Assembly (NCBI RefSeq): GCF_963921235.1
Contig: NC_086108.1
Coordinates: forward strand, 106,146,001 to 106,210,000
From: Mobula hypostoma
Lineage: Eukaryota
Direction: 5' to 3'
DNA length: 64,000 nt
Part shown: positions 13,285-26,554 of the stretch, in pieces
Position numbering within the stretch: the first letter of the stretch is position 1
Layout: each line of letters begins with the position of its first letter
Notes under the pieces: generated by a model
Databases searched by the model: none
What the model was told of the DNA's origin: nothing
Seen by the model: only the letters and a program-made list of their open reading frames with translations
Position numbers and translations under genes: made by a program

Positions 13285-13495
13285 TGGTTGTTTAGCAGTT
13301 AGCATAGCACCCCGGGTTCAATTCTGCCACTGTCCAAGTAGTTTGCATGTTCTCCTCATGACTGAGTGGGTGCTCCAGTTCCACCCACATTCCACACACA
13401 GACGGATTGGTAGGGTAGTTGGCCATATGGATGTTGTTGAGCAGTGCATGCTTGTCGGGCCGTAAGGTCCTCTTATTGTGCTGTATGAATTTCAC
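13285..13495 (+). mobile_element. V-SINE (tRNA-derived), degenerate
   Basis: B box GGTTCAATT followed by an eroded V core TTTGCATGTTCTCC...GGGTGCTCCAGTTCC. Confidence 0.65.
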
Positions 13496-14358
13496 TCCAA
13501 GCAAGCACAGAACAGAGGAAAATACTCTGGTAAAATATATTGATACTGGAGACTCAGGGTTTGATGAAGTCTGTGCAATCAGATAAAAACAGTAAACACA
13601 TAGGAGATTCAATAAGTCAGGCAGTATCTGTGGAAGAAGAAACCACCTCTATGGTTGAGGTTGAAGATTCGTCACCAGAAGTGGAAGTCAGCGATAAAGC
13701 AGGTTTTAAGATGCAGAAGTGCGTGTGGAAGACTGGGGAGTGTCTAATGGAGAAAGAAAGGGCAGCTTGGTAGTGAAGCCATTAGCACCACTCTTTATCT
13801 GTAAGATCGGGGTTCAATCTGCTGCTATCTGCAAGGGGATTGTACATTCTTCCTGTTTTTAACCCCGTTTAGAAAATAGTCTTGAGCTTTTATTCCTTCT
13901 ACAAAAGTGCATGACCATACATTCCCCAACATTATATCCCATCTGTCACCTTTTTGCCCATTCTCCTCATCTGTCTAAGCCCTCTGCAGACTCATTGCTT
14001 CCTCAACACTACCTGCCCCTCAACCTATCTTCATGTTGTCCACAAACTTGGTCACAAAGCCATTTATTTCTGATTTCCAGACACTGGATCTAAGTAGGTA
14101 AGTAAAAATATTTCTAGTAAGTTTTTTTTTGTTCTGATATAGCTAGTGTACTTAGAATGGATCTGAAGATAATGGGATGTCCTTGTGTGCGATATGGGAA
14201 TTTTGGGAGTCGTACAGTCTCCCTGATAATTACACCTGCAGAAAATGAACCAAGCTGCAGCTCCTTAGAGACTATGTTAAGGAACTGAAGCTGCAGCTCG
14301 ATGACCTTCAACTCCTATGGGTGAATGAGGAGGCGATAGACGGGAGCTACAGGGAGGT

Positions 14359-14593
14359 CAGTCAGTCAGTGGGTGCCGTCCGGAATCTGGGGTTGGCAGC
14401 TATACACCTCCATCTTCTTCGATCTTGCGCTCTTTTTCTGGCCTCAGCATAACTCAACCCAGTCCGTTGCCTCACATTATCGTACCAAGTGGTTCACTGC
14501 CTTCCTCTTTCCCTCTTTCCTTCTGTCATCCCTTCCAATAACAATTTCTGCAGTCCACTACCTCTTAACAAGTGCCCGGCATATATATATATA
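14359..14593 (-). mobile_element. RTE-clade LINE 3' end
   Basis: Minus strand translates GHLLRGSGLQKLLLEGMTEGKRERGRQ*TTWYDNV...AQDRRRWR. (CTGA)n tail; 11-bp TSD TACAGGGAGGT (14348-14358, 14594-14604). Confidence 0.85.
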
Positions 14594-14989
14594 TACAGGG
14601 AGGTAGTCAACTTTAAATTGCAGGAGGCAGGTACCTGGGTGATTGTCAGGAGAGGCAAAAGGAATAGGTAGTCAGTGCAGTTCCACTCAATAATAAGTAC
14701 ACACTTTGGGTACAGTTGGATGGAAGCAAGTTCTACTAGGTGAAGGTCTCTGGCACGGAGTCTGTTTCTGTGGCTTAATGGGGAACGGGGAAGAAGCAGA
14801 GTGCAGTATTAATAGGGCATTCCATAGTCAGAGGAGCAGATGAGAGATTCTGTGAATGTAAAAGAGACACTTGGATGGTATGTTGCCTCCTAAATGCCAG
14901 GGTTAGGGAAGTCTCGGATTGGGTCCACAACATTCTAAAGGGGGAGGGTGACTAGCTGGAAGTCATGGTACATATTGGTACCAACAACA

Positions 14990-17225
14990 GATAGAACATA
15001 GAACATAGAACAGTACAGGCCCTTCGGCCCACAATGTTGTGCTGACCCTTAAACCCTGCCTCCCATATAACCCCCACCTTAAATTCCTCCATATACCTGT
15101 CTAGTAGTCTCTTAAATTTCACTAGTGTATCTGCCTCCATCACTGACTCAGGCAGTGCATTCCACGCACCAACCACTCTCTGAGTAAAAAACCTTCCTCT
15201 AATATCCCCCTTGAACTTCCCACTCCTTACCTTAAAGCCATGTCCTCTTATATTGAGCAGTGGTGCCCTGGGGAAGAGGCACTGGCTATCCACTCTATCT
15301 ATTCCTCTTATTATCTTGTACACCTCTATCATGTCTCCTCTCATTCTCCTTCTCTCCAAAGAGTAAAGCCCTAGCTCCCTTAATCTCTGATCATAATGCA
15401 TACTCTCTAAATCAGGCAGCATCCTGGTAAATCTCCTCTGTACTCTTTCCAATGCTTCCACATCCTTCCTATAGTGAAGCAACCAGAACTCGACACAGTA
15501 CTCCAAGTGTGGCCTAACCATAGTTTCATAGAGCTGCATCATTACCCCGTGACTCTTAAACTCTATCCCTCAATTTATGAAAGCTTTCTTAACTACCCTA
15601 TCCACCTGGGAGGCAACTTTCAGGGATCTGTGGACATGAATCTCCACATCCCTCTACTCCTCCACACTACCAATTATCCTGCCATTTACTTTGAACTCTG
15701 CCTTGGAGTTTGTCCTTCCAGGGTGTACCACCTCACACTTCTCCGGGTTGAACTCCATCTGCCACTTCTCAGCCCACTTCTGCATCCTCTCAGTGTCTCT
15801 CTGAAATCTTTGACAATCCTCCACACTATTCACAACACCACCAACCATTGTGTCATCTACAAACCTTCCAACCCACCCTTCTATCCCCACATCCAGGTCG
15901 TTAATAAAAATCACAAAAGATAGAGGTCCCAGAACCGATCTTGGACACCACTAGTCACAACCCTCCAATCCAAGAGGACAGGAAAATTTTTAATTGAGGA
16001 AGGGCAAATTATGAGGCTATAAGGCTAGAACTTGCGGATGTGAATTGGGATGATGTTTTTGCAGGGAAATGTACTATGGACATGTGGTCGATGTTTAGGG
16101 ATCTCTTGCAGGATGTTAGGGATAAATTTGTCCCGGTGAGGAAGATAAAGAATGGTAGGGTGAAAGAACCATGGGTGACAAGTGAGGTGGAAAATCTAGT
16201 CAGGTGGAAGAAGGCAGCATACATGAGGTTTAGGAAGCAGGGATCAGATGGGTCTATTGAGGAATATAGGGTAGCAAGAAAGGAGCTTAAGAAGGGACTG
16301 AGGAGAGCAAGAAGGGGGTATGAGAAGGCCTTGGCGAGTAGGGTAAAGGAAAACCATAGGCATTCTTCAATTATGTGAAGAACAAAAGGATGACAGGAGT
16401 GAAGGTAGGACCGATTAGAAATAAAGGTGGGAAGATGTGCCTGGAGGCTGTGGAAGTGAGCGAGGTCCTCAATGAATACTTCTGTTCGGTATTTACTAAT
16501 GAGAGAGAACTTGATGACGGTGAGGACAATATGAGTGAGATTGATGTTCTGGAGCATGTTGATATTAAGGGAGAGGTGGTGTTGGAGTTGTTAAAATACA
16601 TTAGGATGGATAATTCCCCAGGGCTTGATGGCGTATTCCCTGGGCTGCTCCACAAGGCGAGAGAAGAGATTGCTGAGCCTCTGGCTAGGATCTTTATGTC
16701 CTCGTTGTTCACGGGAATGGTACTGAAGGATTGGCGGGAGGTGAATGTTGTCTCCTTGTTTTGAAAAAAGATAGTAGGGATAGTCTGGGTAATTATAGGC
16801 CAGTGAGCCTTATGTCTGTGGTTGGAGAGCTGTTGGAAAAGATTCTTAGAGATAGGATCTATGGGCATTTAGAGAATCATGGTCTGATCAGGGATAGTCA
16901 ACATGGCTTTGTGAAGGGCAAATCGTGTCTAACAAGCCTGATAGAGTTCTTTGAGGAGGTGACCAGGCATATAGATGAGGGTAGTGCAGTGGATGTGATC
17001 TATATGGATTTTATTAAGACATATGACAAGGTTCCACATGGTAGGCTTATTCACAAAGTCAGAAGGCATGGGATCCAGGGAAGTTTGGCCAAGTGGGTTC
17101 AGAATTGGCTTGCCTGCAGAAGGCAGAGGGTCGTGGTGGAGGGAGTACATTCAGATTGGAGGGTTGTGACTAGTGGTGTCCCACAAGGATCGGTTCTGGG
17201 ACCTCTACTTTTCGTGATTTTTATT
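14990..17225 (-). mobile_element. Younger CR1 LINE with inverted 5' segment
   Basis: 3' part on the minus strand at 14990-15970 (RT C-terminus, TTCTATG tail); upstream part on the plus strand at 15975-17228. TSD AACAACA (14983-14989, 17226-17232). Confidence 0.88.
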
Positions 17226-18127
17226 AACAACACAGGAAGGAAAAGGGAGGAGGTCCTAAAGAGAGAGTATAGGGAATTTGGTTAAAAAGCTAAGAAGTAG
17301 GACCTCTGGGGTAGTAATCTCTAGATTGCTAATTGTGCCATGTGCTAGTGAGGGTAAGAATAGGATGACTTTGCAGATAAATGTGTGGCTGAAGAATTGG
17401 TGCAGGGGGCAGGGTTTCAGATTTCCAGGTCATTGGGATCAATTCTGGGAAAGGTATGACCTGCACAGAAATGACAGGTGACACCTAAACTTGAGAGGGA
17501 GCAATATCCTTGAAAGCAGGTTTACTAGAGCTGTGGGGAAGGATTTAAACTAATTTGGCAAGAAGATGGGAACTGAAGTCATAGGCAGTAGGTATACAAG
17601 TTGATGCTCGTATAGTGAGATTGTGTGGGACAACAAGCAGATGATAGAACAGAATTGTAGTAAGTGGGAGGAGTTAAAGTGTAACAAGGGACCAAAATCA
17701 AACAAGGGTGATGAATACAGTACTGAAAGTATTAGATTTGAATGCACACAGTATACTGAATAAGGTAAATGATCTTGTAGAGTAGTTAGAGGTTAGCAGG
17801 TGTGATATTGTAGGCATTACTGAGTTGTGGTTGAAAGAAGATCACAGTTGGGAGCTTAACATACAAGGATACACATTATATCAAAAGACCAGATAGAAAA
17901 GCAAAGGGAATGGTGTGGCTCCATTGGTAAAAACTGAAATCAAAACCTTTGAAAGAGATAACACAGGATTGGAAGATGTAGAATCCTTGTGGGTAGAGTT
18001 CTGAAATTGCAAGAGTATAAAGACCATGATAGGAGTTATATACAGGCCTCCAAATAGTGGCCAGGATGTGGGGTAAAATTACAATGGGAGATAGAAAAAG
18101 CATGTAAAAGAGGTAATATTGCAAAAG

Positions 18128-18313
18128 TGTCAGGACACTGGAACAGGAATCCAATCGCAGACACAATGCTGTGCACACAGTGATTTCTTGAGTAACTAGT
18201 CCCAAAGTGCAAACAAAGTCAGCATCAGAGTTCAGACAGAGATCAAAGCATCCAAAGAAATCTAAAAACCAGAATTGGGAAACAGGCAGAACAGGCAGAG
18301 CAGGCAGGCAGGC

Positions 18314-18390
<77 letters not shown>

Positions 18391-18693
18391 GGTATAAATG
18401 CTGGAAAGGCTCAGGAAAATTCACCAGCACAATCTGGCAACAAACAGGTGAAAACACAGGTCTGAAATACACTGAGCAATAAACGGAGAGGCAGATGATA
18501 GGTGGAGCACAATGAGACACAGGTGGCAGCAATACAGGTAATAATGAGAAGCAGATGAGAGACAGAGTACTCAGTAATACAGGGGCCGGAGTAGAGCAGG
18601 AGTGAGGACAGGAGCACATGGCAATACAAAACCACAGACTGACAACTAGGGGGAAACACACAAAAAGACAGAGTTCAACTGGAGGTATTGACA
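18128..18693 (-). mobile_element. Solo LTR (sushi-like Gypsy) with internal (CAGA)n microsatellite
   Basis: TGTCA...TGACA termini; TSD AAAAG/GAAAG; interrupts the CR1 APE just before GDFN. (CAGA)n at about 18312-18390. Confidence 0.8.
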
Positions 18694-21539
18694 GAAAGTC
18701 ATAGGGGATTTCAATATGCAGGTAGATTAGGAAGATTAGTTGGTACTGGACCTGAAGAGAGTGAATTTGTAGAATGCCCACAAGATGGCTTTTGAGAGCA
18801 ACTTGTGGTTGAGCCCACTGGGGGATCAGCAATTCTGGACTGGGTATCGTTTAATCACCCAGATTTGATTAGGAAGCTTAAGGTAAAGGCATCCGTAGGA
18901 GACAGTATTCATATTACGATACAATTCATCCTGCAGTTTGAGAAGGAGAAGCTAAAATTGGATGTATCAGTATTACCGTGGAATAAAGGGAATTACAGGG
19001 GCATGAGTGAGTTGCTGGACAAAGTTGATTGGAAAACAATACCAGCAGGGAGATGGCAGAACAACATAGGCTATTATTTCTGTGAGGAATTCTGAAATGC
19101 AGTAAAGATCCATCCCAAAGATGAAGAAGTATTCTGAAAGGAGATGAGGTAACCATGGCTGATGAGGGAAGTCAAAGACAGCATAAAAGCAAAAGAGAGG
19201 GCATATAATAAAGCAAAAAGTAGTGGGAAAGTAGAGAATTGGTAAACTTTTAAAAACCAACAGAAGGGAACTTATAAAGCCATAAAGAGAGAAAAGATGA
19301 AAATAAAGGTGAGCTAGCCAATAATATAAAATAAGATACAAAAATTTATTTTTCAAATATATAAGGAGTAAAAAAGAGACACGTGTAGATGTTGGACTGC
19401 TAGAAAATAATGGAGAGGTAGTAATGGGGTCAAAGAAAAGCCAGAGGAACTTAATAAGTATTTTGCGTCCATATTTACCATGGAAGATACTAGCAGAATG
19501 CCAGAAATGCAAGGGTGTCTGGGGGCAGAAGTGAGTATCATTGCTATTACCAAGGAGATAGTTCTTGGGGAGTTGAAAAGTTTGAAGGTAGATAAGTCAC
19601 CTGGACCAGACGGATTACACCCTAGGGTTCTGAGAGAAGTAACTGAAGAGATTGCGAAGGCATTAGTAATGATCTTTTAAGAATCACTAAATTCTGGAAT
19701 CGTTCCTGAGGACCAGGGAAATGCAAATGTCACTCTACCGTTTAAGAAGGGAGGGAGGCAGACGAAAGGAGAATATAGGCCAGTTAGTCTGGTTTCAGTG
19801 CTTGGAAAGATTTTAGATTTGATTATTAAGGATGAGGTTTCAGGATACTTGGAAACACATGACAAAATATGTGAATGACAGCATGGTTTTCTAAAGGGGA
19901 AATCTCATGTGGCAAATTTATTGGAATTCTTTGAAGAAATAGCAGGTAGGAAAGGCAAAGGAGAGCCAGTGGATGGTGCTTATTTGGATTTTAAGAAGGT
20001 CTTTGACAAGGTGCCACACATGAAGCTACTTAAAAATACAAGACCCCATTGTATTAAGAGAAAGGTACTAGAATGATATCAGCTGGTTGCAGGAAGCAAA
20101 GAATGGGAATAAAGGGGGCCTTTTATGGTTGGCAGTCAGTGACTAGTGGAGTGCTGCAGGGTCAGTTTTGGGACTGCTTCTTTTCATGTTTTAAGTCAAT
20201 GATTTGGAAGAAGAAGTTGATGGCTTTGTGACAAAGTTTGCGGGTAGGTGGAAAGGCAAGTAGTGTTGAGGAAGCAGGGTGTCTGCAGAAGAACTTGGAC
20301 AGATTGAGGGAAACGGCAAAGCAGTGGCAGATGGAATATAATTTAGAGAAGTCCACCATCATGCACGTTGGCAGAAGAAACAAAGGTGTAGACTATTTTC
20401 TAAATGGGGAGAAAATTCAACAATCAGAGGAGCAGAGGGATTTTGGAGTCCTTGTGCAGGATTCCCTCAAGGTTAACTTGCAGGTTTAATCAGTGGGAAA
20501 GAAGGAAAATGCAAAGTTAATATTAGTTTCGAGAGGACTAGGAAACAAAATCAAGGACTTAATGCTAAGGCTTTATAAGGCATTGGTCAGACTGCACTTG
20601 GAGTATTGAGAACAGTATTAGGCCCCTTATCTTAGAAAGGATGTTCTGGCATTGGACAGAGTCCAGAGGAAGTTCACAAGAATGATCCCAGGAATGAAAG
20701 GGTTAACATATGAGGAACTTTTGATTGTTCTGGGCCTGTACTTGCAGGAGTTTAGAAGAATGAGTGAGGATGTCATTGAAACCTATCAAACATTGGAAGG
20801 TCTGGATAGAGTGGATGTGGAGAGGATGTTTCCTATACCAGGGGCTCTAGGACCAGAAGACACAGCCTCAGAATTGAGGGTTGTCCATTTAGAACAGAGA
20901 TGAGGAAAAATTGCTTTAGCCAGAGGGTGGTGATTCTCTGGAATCCTTGTCACAGATGGTTGTGCGGCCAAGTCATTGGGTATATTTAAGGTAGAGGTTG
21001 ATAGATTCTGGATTAATCAGTGCATCCTTTGTTACGGGCAGAGACAGGACAATGGGTATGAAAGGGATAAAAAAAATCAACCACGATGGAATGGCAGAGC
21101 AGACTCAATGCACCAAATGGACTAATTCTGCTCCTCAGTCTTATGGTCTGATGGTCTTATAGATTAGATTAGTTTATATTTATTCATAAATCATATGTAC
21201 CTCAAAACATAGAGAAAAATGTGTCATTTGTGTTAACTATCTAGACAATCTGGTGCCAACATAGCATGAACATAATGTTCATCAGAACAACACGCAGCCA
21301 ACATACAAGTGACAACAACAAACAAAACCTTCTTCCACACACTCTCACTCATTATGTACAGATGTGACTCCAACTCCAGGGAAGCCTACATCTGGTAACA
21401 TGACCTTCAGACTGGGGCACTGAACTGACAGATATCAGGCCTCCAACCTCCAAACTCATCAACCTTGGGGTTTTGACCTTTGGGCTTCAACTTCTCGACT
21501 TGCCAGCATCAGGTTTAGAACACCAGACTCACCTATTAT

Positions 21540-22025
21540 GTGTCAGGCATGAACATGATTTCCCTAACTTCTGGTAACTTCTTTCCCCTTCCCCTTCTCT
21601 CTTTTTCCAATCTCCATTCTGGCTCCTGTTTTAGCCCATCTATTCTCTTCATCTGCCCATCATCTCTCCTCCTTCCCTTTCTCCCATTGTCCACTCCTCT
21701 CTACTATGAGATTCCTTCTTCTTCAGCAATTTATCTACTCCACCTATCGTCTCTCAGCTTCCCACTTCATTGCCCCTCTCCCACCTACCCATCTACCCCC
21801 CTCACCTGATCTCACCTATCATCTGCCAGCTTGTACTCCTTTCCCTCCCCCATCTTCTTTTTCTGGATTCTTCCCCCTTCTTTCCAGTCCAGATGAAAGA
21901 TCTTAGCCCAAAACATCAACTGGTTATTCCTCTCCATAGATGCTGCCTGACCTGTTGAATTCCTCTAGCATTTTGTGTGTGTGTGTGTTGCTCTGTATTT
22001 CCAGCACCTGCAGAATCCCTTGTAT
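21540..22025 (+). mobile_element. PLE terminal repeat, degenerate
   Basis: GGCATGAACAT end of ORF, pyrimidine-rich UTR, decayed hammerhead at 21886-21922, and the ATAGATGCTGCCTGACC tail. Confidence 0.75.
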
Positions 22026-22261
22026 TGATAATTTTTGATACTTAGACTGGGGCAAGACGCTCTTGCTTAAAGGAATAAGTGGGAGTGTGTGAGTGATGGG
22101 TAGATCAGGTGAGGAGATGGTGATGGCAAAATGGAGTCGGCAGGCGCACATGACAGACAGTAAGTTGGAGGGTAAACAGAAAAATAAGGAGGGAGTACAG
22201 GGACCAATGGAATTGCACCACAGGAGCCCTTCACCGGGTCTTGGCTTGAAACATTGACATT

Positions 22262-23080
22262 AGAATGGAGGTGGAGTTAAGATGGCGCTAAACGGCGACT
22301 CCTTTGTTTGAATCTTCGGAAACAGCTCTATTTCCATCCTTAATATCTTTATTATTCACTTTCAGGGTTCTTCTGAAGACCATGACCTGGAGTTACATGC
22401 TGACTTCGCTTCTTTGTGGGAATGAGACCCGTTCTCAGAGTTTCAGGACTGGCCGTTGTTGCTCGGCACACCAAGGCTTCGGCCTGAGAGGTGGCCTAGT
22501 GTTTGGAAGCCTAAGATCTCAGGGGTCTGGAGATGGGCAGATCGAGGGTCAGTGTCACGGCTGGAAACTCGTGTGTCATCGGGGAGGCCAGGAAGTTTTT
22601 CGCTGTGGCCCAAAGACCCGGGATCTTTGCGATCTTCAGGGACAGAGCTTGTAAAAAGCGACAAAGCAGACTATTAACATCGTAAACCTATGGGTTGTTG
22701 TTATGTCTCCCGCTCACTGTGAAAATGGGGGAAACCTCCCTCTCCCTTATTAGGGAGAGAGAGAACCTGTGGGTTGCTGGATGAATTGTGATAGTCTTTG
22801 GAGTAACTGCAAGGTCTGTGTCTTTGCTATCGCCTAGCTCACTCTTGTGCTCAGTAGCGTGTGCGCTCTTTGTTTTGTTTGTGGAGGGAAGGAGAATCGT
22901 TGCTCGCCATCACTTACGTGTGGGAGGGGGGAACTGGGGGGTACTTTGGGGTTCTCGCGTTTAACTGTCGTTCATTTTTTGGGGTACTTCTCTGTTTTCA
23001 TGGATGTTTTTGTGAAGAGAAAGCATTTCAGGATGTATATTGTATACATTTCTCTGACATTAAATTGAACCTTTGAACCT
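22262..23080 (+). mobile_element. Non-autonomous non-LTR element with LINE-like tail, inserted in a PLE repeat
   Basis: Starts near AAGATGGCG, has no recognisable ORF, and ends ATTAAATTGAACCTTTGAACCT resembling the Rex tails here. The PLE tail sequence resumes on both sides. Confidence 0.55.
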
Positions 23081-23714
23081 TTTTATTTCCCTCCATAGAT
23101 ACTGCCTTACCTGCTGAGTTCCTCCAGCGTTTTGCATGTCGCTCTGGATTGCCAGCATCTGCAGAATCTCTTGCGTTTATAAATCTTCTTTGCACTCTTT
23201 CCAGCTAACCTTCTTATAGCCAGATACCCAGATCCCTCTGACTAAAGCATTCATAGTATTCCTACAATTTAAACAGAACTCTACATATTTTAGTTTTGAT
23301 TTAACTCTCAAGAGGGAGTTGGAAAAAGGCTTTGAAAAAGTTAAAAAATATAACAATGCTGAGGGGTAAAGGACTAACTGAGAACCACATTCAAAGAACC
23401 AGTACTACCACAGTTGGGTACCTGCCTCCTTGACTGTTCAGTTCTTTGAAGATAGGTCACTGGAGTATCAATATAGAGCACGACAGCACAGTATAGGCTC
23501 TTTGGCCCACAATGTTGTGCCAACCTTTTAGACTAATCTAAGATCAATTTAACCCTCCTCTCCCACAGAGCCCTCCATTTTCCTCCAGTCCACATGCCAA
23601 TCTAAGAGCCTCTTTTAGGTTCCTAATGTATCTACCTCTGCCACAAGCCCCAGCAGGGCATCCACTCACCCATAACTCTTTGTGTAATAAACTAATAAAC
23701 TACCTCTGACATAG

Positions 23715-24975
23715 AGTCATAGAAAACTACACCACAGACACAGGCCATTCGGCCCATCTAATCCATGCTGAACCATTTAAACTGCTTTGTTTCATCGACC
23801 TGCACCCAGACAGTAGCTCTCTATACCCCTCCCATCCATCTACCGATCCAAACTTTCCTTAAATGCCGAAATCAAAGTCACATCCAAAACTTGTGTTGGT
23901 AGCCTGTTCCACACTCTCACTACCCTCGGAGTGAAGTAATTGCCCCTCATGTTCCTCATAAACTTTTTATCTTTCACTCTTACGACCCCTAGTTGTAGTC
24001 TCGCCAACCTCAGTAGAAAAAGCCTGCTTGCACTTGCTCAATCTATACCCCTCATCATTTTGTATACCTCCATCAAATCTCCTTTCAATCTTCTACATTT
24101 TTAGGGAATAAAGTTCTAACCTATTCAGACTTTTCTATAACTCTGGTCCTCCAGTCCCAGCAACATCCTTGTAAATTTTCTGTGTACTCTTGCAAACTTA
24201 TTTACATCTTTCCTCCAGATATGTGACTAAAATTGCACACAATACTCCAAATTAGGCCTCACTGATGTCTTACACAACTTCGACATAACATCCCATCTCC
24301 TGTATTCACTATTTGTTTTATGAAGGCCAATGTGCTAAAAGCTTTCTTTTATGACCCTAACTACTGGTGAAACCACTTTCAATTAATTATAGGCCTGTAT
24401 TCCCAGATCCCTTTGTTCTACTGAGCTCTTCAGTTCCTGACTGATCCCTGTGTAAGATCTACCCTGGCTGGACCTCCCAAAGTTCAACACCTCACAGTTG
24501 TCTGCATTCAATTCCATCTGGCATTTTTGCAGCCCATTTTTTCAGCTTGTCCGGATCCCACCGCGAACTCTGATAGTCTTCCTCGATGTCCACTACAGAC
24601 CCAGTTCTGGTTTCATCCACACATTTGCTGATCCAGTTTACCACATTATCATCCAGATCATTGATATAGATGACAGACAACAGCAGACCCTGCACTTCAC
24701 TAGTCACAGGCCTCCAGTCAGAAAGGCAACCATCTACTACCACACTTGCTAAACCAATGTCCAATCTAATTTATCTCCTCATCTTGATGCCAAGTGACTA
24801 AACCTTCTTGCCCAACCCTCCCATGTGGGACCTTGTCAAATGCATTGCTGAAGTCCATGCATACAACATACACGGCCTTGTCTTAATCAACTTTCCTGGT
24901 AACTTCCGGAAAAAACTCCATAATATTGGTTAGACATGACCTACCATGCACAAAGCCAAGCCAACTATCCCTAAT
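23715..24975 (-). mobile_element. CR1 LINE RT 3' fragment
   Basis: Minus-strand remnants GFVHGRSCLTN and YINDLD, followed by a CR1 3' UTR. Confidence 0.82.
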
Positions 24976-25030
24976 ACACACAAAATACTGGAGGAACTCA
25001 GCAGGCCATGCAGCATCTTTGCAAAAGAGT

Positions 25031-25327
25031 CTTGTGAGACCATGGATCTGGACCTGGAAAGTCTTCACTCTCCAGGGTGCAGGCCTGGGCAAGGTTGTAT
25101 GGAAGACCAGCAGTTGCCTATGCTGCAAGTCTCCCCTCTCCACGAAACCGATGTTGTGCAAGGAAAGGACATTAGGACCCATACAGCTTGGCACCGGTGT
25201 CGTCACAGAGCAATGTGTAATTAAGTGCCTTGCTCAAGGGCACAACACATTGCCTCAGCTGGAGTTTGAACTCATGACCTTCAGGTTGCTAGTCCAATGC
25301 GTTAACCACTTGGCCACGTGCCCGCAC
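25031..25327 (-). mobile_element. tRNA-derived SINE with Meta-like core
   Basis: Reverse complement: A box TGGCCAAGTGG, B box GAGTTCAAAC, core GTGCCCTTGAGCAAGGCACTTAA. TSD TGCA(A/G)AAGAGT at 25020-25030 and 25328-25338, inside a PLE repeat. Confidence 0.8.
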
Positions 25328-26554
25328 TGCAGAAGAGTAAATAATCATTATTTCAGACCGAGAGCCTTCACCGTGGACTGGAAAAAATGATGAGAAGATA
25401 GAACAAGAAGGTGGGGAGAGGGGAGGAAGAAGCACAAAGTGGTCAGCGATAGGTGAAGCCAGGAGAGGTAGAAGGTAAAGTAAAGAGCTGGGAAGTTGAC
25501 AGGTGAAGGAGATAAAGGTCTGGAGAAGGGGGGATTTGATAGTAGTGAGTAGGTGACCATGGAAAAAAAGAGAAAGAAGAAGAGCAACAGAGGGAAGCAG
25601 GAATGGGATTGGTGATGGTGGGGGGTATTATTAGAAGTTCAAGAAATCAAGAAACCTCTATCATATTTTAATAAACCTCAATTAGATCTCCCCTCAGCCT
25701 CCGTCACTTGAGAGAAAACAACTCAAGTTTACCCAGTCTCATGTGATAACACATGCCCTCTAAACCAGGCAGCATCCTGGGAAACTGAACTGAACTGATT
25801 CCACAACCTTTGGACTCACTTTCAAGGACTCTACAACTCATGTTCTCGGTATTATTTATTTATTACTATTATTATTATGATTACTTGTTTTTTTGTATTT
25901 GCACAGTTTGTCTTCTTCTGCAAGTTGGTTATTTGTCCATCTTTGTATGTAGTTTTTTATTGATTATTTTTTATTTCTTTGTTCCACTGTGAATACCCTC
26001 AAGCCAATCAATCTCAGTGTAGAATATGGTGACATATACATATTTTGATAATAAATTTACTTTGAATTTTGAACTTTGAAAAACATGCAGACTGGTAGAT
26101 TAATTAGTTGCTGTAAATTGCCCCTGGTGTGTCAGTGTGTGGTGGAATTTGGAGAGGAGTTGATGGGACTGTGGGAAGTATAAAATCTGATTTGTCTGGG
26201 ATTAGTGTAAATGGGTGTTTGACTGTCAGTATGGAGACAGAGTCTGCTTCCTTGCTGTAATTCTCTATGTCGACCCTTGACAAATTAGGCCCAAGGTTCT
26301 GGCCGTCATTACCTTTCTACATATGCACCACTCGCATGTCAGTTGTGTCTGTTTACCATCAGTCTGTATCCTGTGTCTCCGCAAACCTCAGTGACCCCTG
26401 TCTGGGTTTTTCTCATGGAAAAAGTCATGAGAAGTTTATGCAACGTTAGATGCTGTTCAACCACGAATATCTATAGTTGTTTAAACCCTACAGAGCTCCC
26501 CAAATAACAGCAGTTGTTATACTGCGCATCAGGAGTGATTTACTTTATTTATTT

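Larger units (their letters stand above)
14120..21160 (+). mobile_element. Old near-full-length CR1 LINE hosting three younger insertions
   Basis: ORF1 remnants (14160-14990, 17230-17550), APE (about 17720-18960), RT (DKSPGPDGLHPRVL; RVQRKFTRMIPG) and a TCTTATGGTCT tail near 21140. Confidence 0.88.

Noticed and set aside
17876..18832. 318-aa ORF with LSVC repeats
   Set aside because: Read-through of the (CAGA)n microsatellite and solo LTR, antisense to a CR1; not a gene.
25255..25327. tRNA gene
   Set aside because: A and B boxes run on into a SINE body with a TSD; no complete cloverleaf was evident.
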